Shown here: piece by piece, positions 36,008-49,530 of the stretch
Layout of the letters: each line of letters starts with the position of its first letter
Position numbering within the stretch: position 1 is the stretch's first letter
Source of the DNA: Callorhinchus milii
Taxonomy: Eukaryota
Direction: 5' to 3'
Assembly (NCBI RefSeq): GCF_018977255.1
Contig: NW_024704743.1
Span: 92,196,001 to 92,260,000 of the forward strand
DNA: 64,000 nt
Notes under the pieces: model-generated
What the model was told of the DNA's origin: nothing
What the model saw: only the letters and a program-made list of their open reading frames with translations
The model's database searches: none
Position numbers and translations under genes: made by a program

Positions 36008-36440
36008 GTGTCAGAGTCAACCTGTCTTAGTTGGCAGCAATCTTGCCTTTGAATCAGAAGGTTGTGGGTTCATGCCCCATATTGGGATTTTGAACTCACA
36101 AGTCTAAGATAACACTTCAATGAATTGCTGATGATGTGTTGCATTGTTGGAAGTACCATCCTTTGGTTGAGATGTTAAACTGAACTGAACATGTTAAATA
36201 TTCATCTCTTTGGGTGGATGTTAAAGATCCCATGGTACTACTCGAAAAAAGAAGAGTTTCTCCCTGTGTTCTGTTCCCTAATCCCCCCAAATAAATTGGT
36301 TATTCACTTCATGGCGGTTTTGTGGGACATTGCTGTACGCAAATTGGTTGCATGTTCATCTGAAAAATACATAGTTCACTTTACTGTGAAGCATTTTGAG
36401 ACATCCTTCTGATGTGAAAGGCGCAATATCAAATGCAATT
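36008..36440 (+). mobile_element. Older Deu-type SINE
   Basis: Collinear with 30051-30490. Confidence 0.8.
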
Positions 36441-36844
36441 TTAGTGTTAATGTTAACAGCATGGGCACACTTTTCAACCAGAATTGTTTTGCTGTTAGTG
36501 TAAAGGTAGATGTTGGTGTAGAGTTTGGGAACAATAGAGAGGTAAAAAGTTTGGCAGATTCAGAGCGAGAGAGAAAGAGTAAAAGAATCAGACAGTCAGA
36601 GAGGGAAGAGTTGGCACAATTTAATGTAATGACAGCTGTAGAGAATACTTAACATTGCCATGACAGGTATTTCAAAATTTGGAAAACATGTTTTCATTGT
36701 TGTTGGAAAATTTGTATGAACCACACTACTGCTCTGAAATTATACAAAGTGTTTTTCGACTGTTTTATAATTGCTGTATTATTCTTTTTAGTTTGTTCCC
36801 CAAATATAACTGAAAATTGGAAGGCTTTCCCTTATAATCAAGAT

Positions 36845-37180
36845 CAACAAAAACAACAAGATTAAATTTGTACAGCTCCTTTCACGGCGGGAGGTCGTCT
36901 CAAGGCGTTGGACAGTGTACAGCATTTCAGACCTGAGCTCGGGTCAGGGAGGGAGAAGTGAGGGGAGGGGAAGTGGGGTGGTGATGGCATGGTCGAAGAG
37001 GAGGGTTTTGAGGCAGGACTTGAAGGAGGGTAAGGAGGGGACGAGGCAGAGTGATTGAGGATGGAATTCCAGAGGTTGGGGGCAGAGTGGCTGAGGGCTC
37101 TCCCTTCTGAAGGCAGGTGGGTTGGGGGACGTGGAGCAAGCCGGAGCCGGCTGAGCCGAAGGAGCGGGCGGGTTGATAGA
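36845..37180 (-). mobile_element. L2 3' end
   Basis: (CAA)n tail and 3' UTR collinear with other L2 copies. Confidence 0.85.
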
Positions 37181-39354
37181 TCACCTTATATTCGGAACAA
37201 TAAGGTACCTGCCGAAGAAAATGAATGAAAAAAGATGATGTTTCATGATAGATTTGATGAAATAATTATCTCATTGAATCTGTTATGAACCATTGCATTT
37301 TCATCCCATTATCCTTTATAGTGGAGAAATTCTGTACTGCGTTTGGCCTATTGTTTAACAAAAGCAAATGGCTTTGTACTTTATTGCTAATCATAAAAAC
37401 AGAGACTGTATCATTGCTTCAAACCTGCAAGCGAGTAGAGTACTCTGCCTTTCCCTGCCACAAGCAACAAATCAGAATTTCACTACAGTGTAGAAGAGGA
37501 AATAAAATATCTTATTGCACATTAGTGATCTGTATCAAGATGAACACTCAGACACAGATCCATTTAACACAGGGAACAGGAGATTTGCTTGGTTGCATGT
37601 ACTAACCTTCCACAGCTAACAATTACAATACAATTTACAATTATATAGTGCATTTTATGTCAGGAAGAATATCCTGGAGAACTTGACACTGCTCGCTAGG
37701 CACCCGAACTGGTGGTGGGATGTAGAGGGAAAATATGACCAAAAGCGTGGTCAAAGCGTCCTATCGGTTGTTTGTTATTGTTCTATGAAAAGCATCTTGA
37801 TGGCTGCATCTCAGCTCCCAGGCAGCTAATGGCAGTAAAACAGTTGGCAATTGGTCTGCTGCTCATGATGTTGGGCTACTGGAAGTATTGAAAGATTTAC
37901 GAGTAGAATTTCAACTGTGTACAGTCTTTATATAAAATATCTTTGGATTTATTATCCATTTTTCAAAACTAAAACAAATGTAACAAAATAGTTACATGTA
38001 TTGATATCAGACCTAGTCACTTCACATTGTGCTTACATGGTATAGTACTTGTGGAATTTATATTGACATTATACTCAGATGCATTGATGTGCTGGCAAGC
38101 CTGTACGTGCTTTATTTTTTAAAAGTACACTTTATATAGCAGAATGTCTTGACACATTGCATTTTGACATGACAAAAGGCTTACATGTATCTTAAGTGGG
38201 ATTTGAGCACATCAGAATGGATTTTAAGTAAACACCACTGAAAACATAGTAATGAGATTTATAAGATGGGATTCGAAATTCACGAGCAGAAGATAAATAA
38301 ACACTGACACCAAAGCTGGTTTGTTATGTTTTTAATGCATTGGTATGGCAGATAAAATATATGACAAACACTGGATGATATGTTCAAGGTGGTGTCAATT
38401 CAGTATGTTTAATAAAGGTGCAATTAACTCGAAACAATATCCATTAAACCCATATAACCATACAAAATTTAAACATAAACATTGCAAATGTTGGAAATCT
38501 GCAAAACAAATAAATAATGTTGTAAATGCTCAATATTCTCTTTAGGGTTTCTACTGAAAGAGAAAATCAGGTTAACTTTTCTGGTGTGGCCCTTCTTTAC
38601 GGCTGGAATAGTAGGAGAAGCCTTTCTAAATGTTGCACTCATGTGAACAAGTAGAACTAGATCAAGATCACAAAGATTTTCACTAACTTAGACATGAATT
38701 ATTGGGAACGTTAATTTTTGGTTGTCGGCAGATCAACATTAGAAAATAAATATTAAGCAAAAAAAGAAGCCACTCAGAAGGCTATAATTTGCCAAAGATC
38801 TCACCTTGCGTAATGTCAAGAATGGTGGTGAAGGAGGCAAGGTCACTTACTGGATATGGTACTTTTTGCCAATGTTAATTAAAACAGAGCAGACTTAAAA
38901 AAAAATCACAAACTTTACACGATAAAATATAACAATCATAATCCTAGCATTTAGTATAGTGTCTTATCAAGTAAGTCATTGAGATGTTTCAACGGGTGCT
39001 TCAGATATCACTCCAGATATGTTGTTAACAGGTGATGAATTACTTATAGCATCTTAAACCTCACAGCCAAAAGAGCAAAAGTATCCTGACAGTGATTAAA
39101 AGTTAACATCTATTTCAACAGATTTTGAATTCTCTAGGCACTGGAGATTAATACCACAATAGATCTCTGCTGATTGCTTCACATGCAATGTTGTCACTCA
39201 CTCCCAGCTGGGTTGAATTTAAGTTGACATTGTATAAATGACGATTATATATCTAAGTTTGAACAGTTGGCTGAAATTTACAATGCTGACCAAAACAATG
39301 CGCTCTCCTTGCTCAAAAGTGATTGCTAAAAGTTAATTGTTATTAATTTATATT

Positions 39355-39668
39355 AATAATCCTTGAATGTGTTATGGTGCCCCTCACTTTGGGAGTACAT
39401 CTCAAAATCCTTTGCAATATACATTAACATGTGTAGTGACTGCATATTTTGTAGACGAATATGGCGGCCAATTTGTGCTCAGCAATGCCCACCAAACAGC
39501 CATGAAGTGAATGACAATTTTATTTGGGAGAAACACGTTTCTCTTTTCAGATAGTGCCATGGGATTTTTAATGTCCATCTGAACAGGAACATTGGTTGAA
39601 TATCTCATCCATAGGACAGTAACTTGGAAAAAGCAACACAACTCTAGTAGTGCATTGGTATGTCATTA
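39355..39668 (-). mobile_element. Older Deu-type SINE fragment
   Basis: TAGTGCCATGGGATTTTTAATGTCCATCTGAACAG is the reverse complement of the family body. Confidence 0.7.
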
Positions 39669-39744
39669 AGTGCTCTGGGATGCTACCCTGTGTGAAGGAT
39701 GCTATATAAATCCAAGTTGTTGTTGTCATCCGGGACTATATGAG

Positions 39745-40258
39745 TTCAACAAAATTACACTTGTAAAGTGCCTTTCACGTTGGGAGGACATCCCAAGGTG
39801 CTGGACAGACAGAGTTACGGACCCGAGCTGGGGGTAGGGGTGGGGAAGGGCAAGTGGGAAAGCAGAGAGATCGAAAGCACAGTCGAAGAGGAGGGTCTTG
39901 AGATGGGTCTTGAAAGTGGCAATTGAAAGGGTGAGATGGAGGGACTGTGGGATGGAGTTCCAGAGGGTGGGGGCAGAGTGGCGGAAGGCCCACCCGCCGA
40001 TAGTGGAGCAAGCAAGGTGGGGGATGTGAAGCAGGCCGGAACCCGCTGAGCGGAGGGAGCGAACAGGAGTGTGCAACCATGGATGGTGATGCTGTCTGCG
40101 CCTGAGATGAAGAGGCGCTGACAGGAGCCAATCAGGATAATCTCGTTCTTGTTGACATTCAACTGAAGAAAGTTAGCTCTCATGCAGGACTTGATGTCTG
40201 ACAGACATTCTGTGGTCTTGGAGTCAAGGGTGGAGGCAGAGAGGTAGAGTTGGGTGTA
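39745..40258 (-). mobile_element. L2 fragment with internal deletion
   Basis: [27 protein letters not shown] joined directly to the 3' end region. Confidence 0.88.
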
Positions 40259-40261
40259 ATC

Positions 40262-41958
40262 CAACTGACATATCACTGACATCATCAACCTGTCCCTCTC
40301 CTCTGGCTCTGTCCCCATTCCATTAAAAACTGCCATCATCACGCCCACCCTGAAAAAACCCTCCCTTGATGCGTCGCAGCTATCAAGCTACCGGCCCATC
40401 TCCAACCTCCCCTTTCTCTCCAAGGTCTTGGAAAGAGTTGTCGCCTCCCAACTGCGCTCTTTCCTTTCCACCCATTCTCTTTTTGAACCCCTTCAGTCAG
40501 GTTTCCGTGCTGCCCATAGCACAGAAACTGCCCTGGTCAAGGTCACCAATGATATCCTGACCATCTGTGACCAGGGCTCCCTCTGTCTCCTCGTCCTCCT
40601 CGACCTATCGGCAGCATTCGATACGGTCGACCACGCTATCCTACTCCACCGCTTGTCCTCCCACCTCAACCTTCAAGGCACTGTCCTTGAATGGTTTAGG
40701 TCGTACCTTTCTCACCGTCTTCACTTTGTCTCAACGAATGGCTTCTCCTCCACCCCCCGTACTGTCTCATGTGGTGTCCCTCAGGGCTCTGTCCTCGGTC
40801 CCCTCCTCTTCACCCTCTATATGCTCCCCCTTGGTGACATCATCCGCAGACATGGAGTTAACTTCCACATGTATGCGGATGACACCCAACTCTACCTTTC
40901 CTCCTCTACTCTCAACTCCACGACCACCGATGTCCTGACAGCCTGCCTGTCCGACATCGAGTCCTGGACGAGAGACAACTTTCTTCAGCTCAACGTGCGA
41001 AAAACCGAGGCCCTCCTGATTGGCTCACGTCAGCGCCTCCGCACCTCAGGCGCTGACACCATCAGCATCCAAGGCTGCACTCTCCACCTCTCAAAGCCAG
41101 TCAGGAACCTCGGCGTTTTGTTCGACCCTGAGCTGTCCTTTCTCCCTCACATCCGCACCACAACTGGCACCGCCTTCCATCACCTCCGGAACATCGCCAG
41201 ACTACGGCACTACCTCACCCCTCACGCTGCTGAAACCCTGGTCCACGCCTTTGTCACCTCAAGGCTGGACTATGGGAACTCTCTCCTCGCCGGCCTTCCC
41301 GCCACCTCCCTCCACAAGCTGCAGGTCATTCAGAACTCTGCAGCTCGTGTACTGTCCCGCACCAGGCTTCGGACCACATCACTCCCACCCTCGCTCGCCT
41401 CCACTGGCTCCCCATCCCCCAGAGGATTGATTTCAAGATCCTCATCCTCACCTACAAGGCCATTCACGGCCTTGCTCCCTCCTACCTCTCCAACCTACTA
41501 TCCCCTACCTACCTGCCCGTACCCTCCGTTCCTCTGGCTCTGGTCTGCTCCACGTCCCCGCCCCAACCGCCCTACCATCGGTGGTCGGGCCTTCAGCCTC
41601 TCAGCCCCAGGCTCTGGAACTCCATCCCCAGTGCCTTCGCCTTGCTTCCTCCCTTTCCTCCTTCAAGGCCGGTCTCAAAACCTTTCTCTTTGACCGTGCC
41701 TTCAGCTCCCCTCTCGACTCTCTCCCCCTCCTCGCTCCCTCCCTTCCCTCCCTCACCCTGACCATTTCCCCCTCCTTGCTCCCTCCCTTCCCTCACCCTG
41801 ACCATTTCCCCCCTCCTCGCTCCCTCCCTTCCCTCCCCTCACCCTGACCATTTCCCCCCTGCTCGGGTCATGACCCAACTGTGCAGCGCCTTGGGACGTC
41901 CTCCTGACGTGAAAGGCGCTTTATAAATGGAATCTTGTTGTTGTTGTTGTTGTTGTTG
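40262..41958 (+). mobile_element. Young 5'-truncated L2 LINE with nearly intact RT domain
   Basis: Open frame from ~40275 ([60 protein letters not shown]) to a frameshift near 41370; (TTG)n tail. Confidence 0.97.
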
Positions 41959-44900
41959 TAATCCGCATACATGTGGAAGTCCTAATGTGGGACTTGAACC
42001 CACCACCTTCTGACTAAGAGGTGAGAGTGCCATCAACTGAACCAGGCTGACATTTTGGATACTCTGATTCCTTATTGACATTCCTAATTAAGGAATCTAT
42101 GTGTCCAACCCTGTCCGAGACTTTACCATTGCTGAAGGGTACTATATAAATGCAAGTTGTTTTTGAGTCTGTCAATTTGGGGACTCCTCCCACTAACCAG
42201 AAGCACGTCACACTGACCTATCGGAGCTCTGCTTCAACACAACGTACTTTCAGAGTAGAGATTGACGGGAATTATAATCGGATTTCTAAGGAGAGCTATT
42301 TCCAGATATTAAGGAAACCTGTTAAGGAATACTACGAATTGGATCCCAATGCCTTTAAAAGATATAACTTCTCATTTGATATTAATCTTACTCTGTTAAT
42401 GAATTTCATTTGCAAATTGCTCTAATTACTTTTATACTAAATAAATCTTGATATTTCTTAATGAGATTCCTTAGAATTTTGTTGTATCTGAGGGAGCTCC
42501 TTTCTGGAAATAGCTCTCAGATTCCCATTAATTGGTGTAGTATACTTTCAGATAACAGGAGCACCCATTTGTATATGACAGATTCCTTACTAAGGAATTA
42601 CGTTAAGAAATAGAACAAATTAGACCCTGATATTTAAAATGAAACTAATATTAGAATACAAAAACAAAACCCAGATTGAGCTGAAAGAATAACAAAAGCC
42701 ATATCTTCCTCTGTTACTTGTAGACAAGTTCCTGTGGCTTGGCTTTCAACAGCATTGGCTTTCAAATAGTTATTATTATGATTTCCATTGAGACTCATTA
42801 AAAGATCAATACCTGGGAGAAGTTAAGTGTGCCCGACTAGAAGCTGTTCACTGACAAAGGAATAGTAGTACTCCCAGGTATTCATAAACTGCCTGAAGTC
42901 AACAGAGCTGTTTATTATTGGGAGGAAAACACTGATATATATAGCAATAATGAATCCATAGATTTTAGGTTTACCCCCAAGATGTCCAATGAAAGCAATA
43001 ATTGGAAACATAGGACTCTGACCAACTTCGAGCCTCTTAATCTCAATGCATGTTTTTTTTGTCAGAAAATCAGGGATGTGTATGTGTGTGTGTGGGGGGG
43101 AGGCAGGGGTGGAATTTCAAACAAAAACGCAGGTAAATTCCATGAAAATTGGATTTATTTTGAACTAGAAAACAAAACTTTAAATCAAGCCAGATAATAG
43201 CAAAACATTAACTTTTTTTAAAAAATATATATACCTTCCCAGCTTAAAGCAACAATTCCCAGACATTGTTTTCCCACCAAGTACAGACACATGATGCAAT
43301 GTGATGTGTGCATCCCAAAGCCTACCAGACAAATTCCTGGTGCCTGCTCACCCACTGCGCTCACTTTGCATTGTGTGCGCATTTCCAGATCCAGCAGTGA
43401 GGCAGCATTTTGGGATGGTCGAACACATTATGGACTCCGAATAAAATCGACAAATTTGTTTTTGAAAATTGAATTTTTTTTTTACAGATTGACTTTTTCT
43501 CAAAATCAGTATGAAAATTGACAAACCATTTTAAAGGTTCTTATTAACCCACCATAAATAACATTTTTATGGCACTATTTCAAAAATGAGCAGGTTTGTT
43601 AGTTTATTGACCAACATTCCTCCTTGATCCAAATGAACTCTTTCATAAAAACAGATTGATTGATGATCATTAATTCATTATTTTTGACTAGAACAGATTA
43701 GGTGCTGTGTTTACCTAAATAACAATATTTATTTCCCAGTATCCTGGTCAATAATCTCCCAAATAAAATGGTTACTCATTCCATGGTTGTACCAAATTGG
43801 ATCTATATCCTGTGAAGAGTTTTAAGATATCTCAACAGCCTAATGCCCTATATCAAATGCAAGAATTATTATACTGTTAAGATCATTTTTACAGTATTTA
43901 CTTGGGAAGCTCTTTGAGAGGCCCCTCCACATGATGAGTATCAGTGTTACTATTATTATTATTTATAACCAGGTTCAAATGAAATTCTAGGCATGTTGAA
44001 CAAAAATAATAACAATACAAACAAAAACACTTTATTGAAACACAAGAAAAGCACTTTATTGCTCAGCCATAGGGTACAAATCTACCTTGGGAGGATGTCT
44101 CAAAGCATTTCACAGGATTTACTATAATGGGTAGCAACTGTCTATTTTGCAGGTGAACAAAATACAAATATTCTAGGATTCACTAGGAACATACTGCTGG
44201 TTAACAGCAAGGCTCCATGTAGCCTACTTTAAGATCCTGTTAGTGAAATATTGTTGTGCAAATCTACTTTTTCCCCAGAAATGTGAATCAAATAAATGCT
44301 ACTGTTAACTATTAGCATGGGAGACGGGGAGAGCTCAGGAACAATAGCTTTAGCTTCCCATATTAGTGGCCTCGTGAGATTGATTTGTCTTCTTACCGTC
44401 CCCCCTTTGCAAAATACAATTGTACAATTTTCCCAGTGGGTGAATAATGTGACATCTGGCGTCATAATTATCACTAGCCATAATATTGCTGTGATAATTG
44501 TCACATCACTGAAAACTTCAACCCAAACCTGTCTAGTTTTAACTATTGTATTGTTTGAGTAAAAATCTCAAAACACCTAGGCATTCTGAAATATTTAAGA
44601 GAGGATACAGGAAGAGGTAAAGGAGGCAAGAAAGTCATCATAGCAGGAGCCTATCGCTAATAATTTGAGATTCATTAAGCTTGTCACTCTGCTAATGAAA
44701 AGGTCATTGTAGAATAAGTGGTCACACTGTGCCATATTCCAACACATCATCAGTAAGATAAGCAGAGGTTTGTGGATTTCCTGCTTGTTTAGTTTGAATG
44801 GGGACCAGAATGCCCTTCACCTCATTTAATCTCATCTGATCCTTTGGAATATCCACCCACCTGTTTCTCTATTATAACATCGAATTGTTTATTGAGTCCA

Positions 44901-45054
44901 ATGTCCTGGCCTTTATTCCTCCTGGTAACACTTTCCAGTTGTTAATTACTTTCTGTGTAAAGAAATGCTTCTTGGAATCTATCCTCTGAGCGCTCTGAGA
45001 CGCTATATAAGTGCAAGTTGTTGTTGCTGCTGTTATCCTGAAATATCTCTTTAA

Positions 45055-45350
45055 GACACTGCCTGGTGCATTGGTAGCATCTTGCCTCAGTCAGAAGTTT
45101 GTGGGGTGAAGCCCCATGTCGGGACTTGATATCACATAGTCTAAGGTGACATTCCAATGCACTGTGGAGGCATGTTGCATTTTTGGAGGTGCAACATTAA
45201 ACCAAAGTCCCATCTGCCTGTTCAAGTGAATGTTAAAGATCCCACGGCTCTATTCGAATAAAGAAGGGAGTTTCTCCTGGTCCTGGCCGACAATCCCCCC
45301 AAATAAAAATTGATTACTCTTTTCATGGCTTGCTGTTGGACTTGCTGTAC
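45055..45350 (+). mobile_element. Older Deu-type SINE, tail missing
   Basis: Collinear with the head and body of the 30051 copy. Confidence 0.75.
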
Positions 45351-46995
45351 AATTTGCCAGGCTTTTTGTGAGACTTGCTATACAATTTCTGCCTGTTTCC
45401 TTCTCTGCATTTTGTCCCTTCCTGTCAACAACACAACAATTTTAGAATGACATATAAATGTAAATAAATGTAATATCAGGAGGATGTTTTAAAACTCTTC
45501 ACTGTCTATCTCTCTTACCCTCTTTCTATCTGACTCTCTGTGAAGAGTAATTGGTGAAGCATTTATTCTATTAAAAATTGTTTATTACCAGTGATGCTGT
45601 ATGTTTACTTGTCCACTAGATGGAACTAAGCACAGATGTAATAATGCCATTTGTTAAACTCTATGGAAGAGAAATTCAATTCCAAATCCTATTAAAAATG
45701 GTTACCACCATAGTTATTACTTTGCATTTCATCTCTTATTTTTTTTTGTGAATATCTGGGGCCTGATGAATAACTGCACCGTTACCAGACAGCTTCATTC
45801 CTGGTGTAACTTTCCACTCTGTTGAGTTAAACATATTAACCAAACATTTCCCAGATGGCAGCATTAAATCTGTGACTAGCTTCCTCTAATGGGGATGATT
45901 TAACTACATATTTGGGTCACATTTGCATATTGCTTAATTAGCATTGGCATTAATTTAATGCTGGCGTTATCACCACAATTAGCAGTGTTTAGCGTGAGCT
46001 CATATTCCTTACTTCACATCGAACTTGCTGTAATACACCATGTGGCTACTGGTGGCAGTGTCCTACCTCCTACTGCAGTCTTGAGTGACTTTAATTGGTG
46101 CCGTCTTTGATACTGACATGGTTTTGCTTTAAAATATTTTGTTCAAGACAATACAACTTATAATGAGATAAAAAAGGGACTGTGCCGACATTAACCGGAA
46201 AGAAAAGTTAACAAATAAAAATATAAGAAAGCAATTGAAAGTTTATGAAATAGAAAGGGTGCAAATTAAGAATATTCCAGTTGGTTGTAGTGAGGGCTAT
46301 GTCCTCTTGCAAACAGATCCCTCTAGCAAGGTTGTCCACTACCGAATCTGTCAAATGGTTTATTAAATGGTGCAGTGGCTATTTCACTATTACAACATGC
46401 CATTGATATCTGAATGTGTTTCCAAGATCTCTTCAAAAGGAACAAATTGAAAATTTATATCAGAAATTTTAAATAATAATAATCTTACATTTGATATAAC
46501 CTTTCATATCAGGAGGACATTTCAAAGTGCTTCACAGGACACACTAGAAAGTGTAATGACTGTATTTTGTAGGCAAATGAGTGAGTAATTTGCACATAGC
46601 AATGACCCACAAACAGCCATGAAGTTAATGATTAATTTTATTTGTGGGCCTGTTGGCCTGGGCACCAAGAGAAACTCCTTTCTCTTTTCAAATAGCGTCA
46701 TGGGGTCTAAGTAAGTAAAAACCCGGTTGTTAGTCGATTGGGGGATTATATTCCCTCAAAAAAACATTGTCGTCACTCAATCCACAACTGTTTGTGGGAC
46801 ACTGCTGTGCGCTGTATTGCCCAACATAGGGCACCATATAAAAGTTTGCACATTGACTAAATATATGGGTTCCTCTTCTTCCTTGTCCTCATATTCAGAT
46901 GAATCTTCTTGGTCAAGGATGAGTCAAACCATACAGTTGTCAAACCAGTGATTAGTTTAACAACATCAACAATCACTGAACAAAAACAAAAGTCA

Positions 46996-47222
46996 CTGGG
47001 AACACTCAACAGGTAGGGCAGCATCTATGGAGAAAGGAAAGTGAGTCAATGTTTCGGGTCCACGACACCTTCGTCGGTTCAGAACCAACGAAGGTGTCGT
47101 GCACCCGAAACATTGACTCACTTTCCTTTCTCCATACATGTTGCCCTACCTGCTGAGTGTTCCCAGGGTCTTCTCTTTTTGTTCTCAGATTTCCAGCATC
47201 TGCAGTATTTTGCGTTTTGTCA
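46996..47222. mobile_element. Penelope-like-derived near-perfect palindrome (85-bp arms, centre 47081) with degenerate hammerhead motifs
   Basis: 46996-47080 is the reverse complement of 47082-47166 with few mismatches; homologous to 13253-13553. Confidence 0.8.
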
Positions 47223-47339
47223 ACAATCACCAGTCTTGAAACAGGTCATCTGCTTACTGTCAGTTACAGAATGAACTCTTCCCTACCACCACCAAAATTA
47301 TAATGGGACATTACTGATGTCTGGTGTGATTTCAATAGT

Positions 47340-49530
47340 ACCATAAAACGTAGGAGCAGAAATAGGCTATTCTGCCCCTCGAGCCTGCTCCGCCAGTTAA
47401 TTCTAACTTGATTCCATTTACCTGCCCTATTCCCATATCCCTTAATCCCTCTATCCTTTAGAAATTTATCAACCTTAATCTTGAATATGTTCAAGGACTG
47501 AGCAGCCACAGCCTTCTGGGGTAGAGAATTCCACAAATTCACTGTCCTCTGAGTGAAAAAAATGTTTCCTCAACTCAGTTCGAAAAGGCTGACCCTTAAT
47601 CTTGAGACTATGACCCCTAGTTTTGGATTCTCCAACCAGGGAAAACAGTCTCATGGTATCTACCCTGTTAAGACCCTTAAGAATCTTATAGGTTTGTATA
47701 AGATCACCTCTTATTCTTCTATATTCTAGAGAATATAAGCCTAGTTAACTCAACCTATCCTCGTAGGTCAACCCCCTCATCCCAGGAACCAACCTAGTGA
47801 ATCTACGCTGCATCCCCTCTAAGGCGAGTATGTCCTTCCTTAAATAAGGAGACCAAAACTGCGCACAATATTCTAAGTACGGTCTCACCAAGGCCTGATA
47901 CAACTGCAGCAAGACTTCCCTACTCTTGTACTCTAACCCTTTTGCAAAGAACGCCAACATGGCATTAGCCTTCCTTGTTGCTTGCTGTACCTGCATACTA
48001 ACTTTTTGTGACTGGTGTACAAGGACACCCAAATCCCTCTGAACACTAACACTACCTAGTCTCTCCCACTCCAGAAAATAATCCGCTTTTCTAATTTTAC
48101 TACCTAAGTGAATAACTTCCCACTTCCCCACGTTAAACTCCATCTGCCACCTTCTTGCCCACTCACCGAGCCTGTCTATTTCCCTTTGCATTCTTTGTGT
48201 GTCATCGTCACAGCTTACTCTCCCACCTATCTTCGTATCGTCCGTGAATTTAGATATGTTAAGTTCTATTTCCTCATCTAAATCATTGATATAGATTGTA
48301 AATAAATGAGGCCCAAGCACTGATCCTTGTGGCATTCCACTAGTCACATCCTGCCAATCTGACACGGACCCGTTTATCCCTACTCTCTATTTTCTTCCTG
48401 TTAGCCACTCTCCAACCCATGCTAATATATTACATTTAATTCCATGGGCTCTAATTTTATGCAACAGCCTTTTATGCGGCACCTTGTCGAATGCCTTCTG
48501 GAAATCCAAATACACCACATCTACTGGTTCCACTTATCTAACCTGCTAGTTACATCCTCAAAAAACTTGATAAGATTTGTTAAACATGATTTCCCTTTCG
48601 TAAAGTCATGTTGTGGAGTCCTGTAGCTCGGTGGTTAGAGCATTCGCTTTGTAAGCAAGAGACCTGGGTTCGATTCCCGGCAGGGTGAAACCTTGGGCAA
48701 GTTTCCTAATAATAATGCCTAAAAAAAAAACAATAATAAATTGGTCATTTCAATCCACGATTGTTTGTAGGACACTGCTGTGCGCAATTGGCTGCTGCGT
48801 TCGCCCACAAATATACAGTCAATTCACTTTACAGTGTGTTCTGTGAAGCGCTTTGGGACGTCCTCCCGACGTGAAAAGCGCTATATCAAATGCAAGGATT
48901 ATTATTATTATTATTATTGACTCTATAATCATGTTATGATTTTCTAGGTACCCCACGACGACGTCCTAATTAAGGACTCTAGAATTTTCCCTACCACTGA
49001 TGTCAGACTAACTGGTCTATAGTTCCCCATTTCTTGTCTCCCACACTTCTTATATAGCGGCGTTATGTTTGCGATCTTCCAATCAATGGGAACCATTCCA
49101 GAATCCAGGGAATTTTGGAAGATCAAAAACAAAGCATCTGCTCTCTCTGCAGCCACCTCTTTTAAAACCCAAGGATGCAGGCCACCAGGTCCAAGGGATT
49201 TATCGATTTTTAATCCTATCAATTTCTCTTGTACTATTGCTTTACTGATGTTCATTTCTTTACATTCCTCACTAACATTAGCCTGCAGGTTCTCCTCTAT
49301 TTTCGGTAAGTTTTCAGTGTCCTCTAACGTGAAGACAGAAGCAAACTATTTGTTTAATGAATCTGCCATTTCTTTATTCCCCATTATAATTTCTCCTGTT
49401 TCTGCCTACAATGGACCCACATTCACATTTGATAGTCTCTTCCTCTTTATGTACTTGTAAAAACTCTTACAATCTGTCTTTATGTTCCTAGCTAGCTTAC
49501 TTACCCTTGTATTCATTTTCTCCCTCTTAA
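47340..49530 (-). mobile_element. CR1-clade LINE, 5'-truncated and decayed, interrupted by a SINE
   Basis: [60 protein letters not shown] motifs. Confidence 0.95.
48615..48918 (+). mobile_element. Young tRNA-derived SINE (short subtype) nested in CR1
   Basis: GGAGTCCTGTAGCTCGGTGGTTAGAGC head, GGTTCGATTCCC B box, (ATT)n tail; CR1 continues on both sides. Confidence 0.95.

Noticed and set aside
40428..41693. Functional host reverse-transcriptase gene or autonomous LINE
   Set aside because: 5'-truncated, no endonuclease domain or ORF1, frameshift near 41370
39745..41958. Twin-priming inversion of a single L2
   Set aside because: Both halves have their own 3' tail, overlap in L2 coordinates and differ in subfamily (KSCMRANF vs ESWTRDNF)
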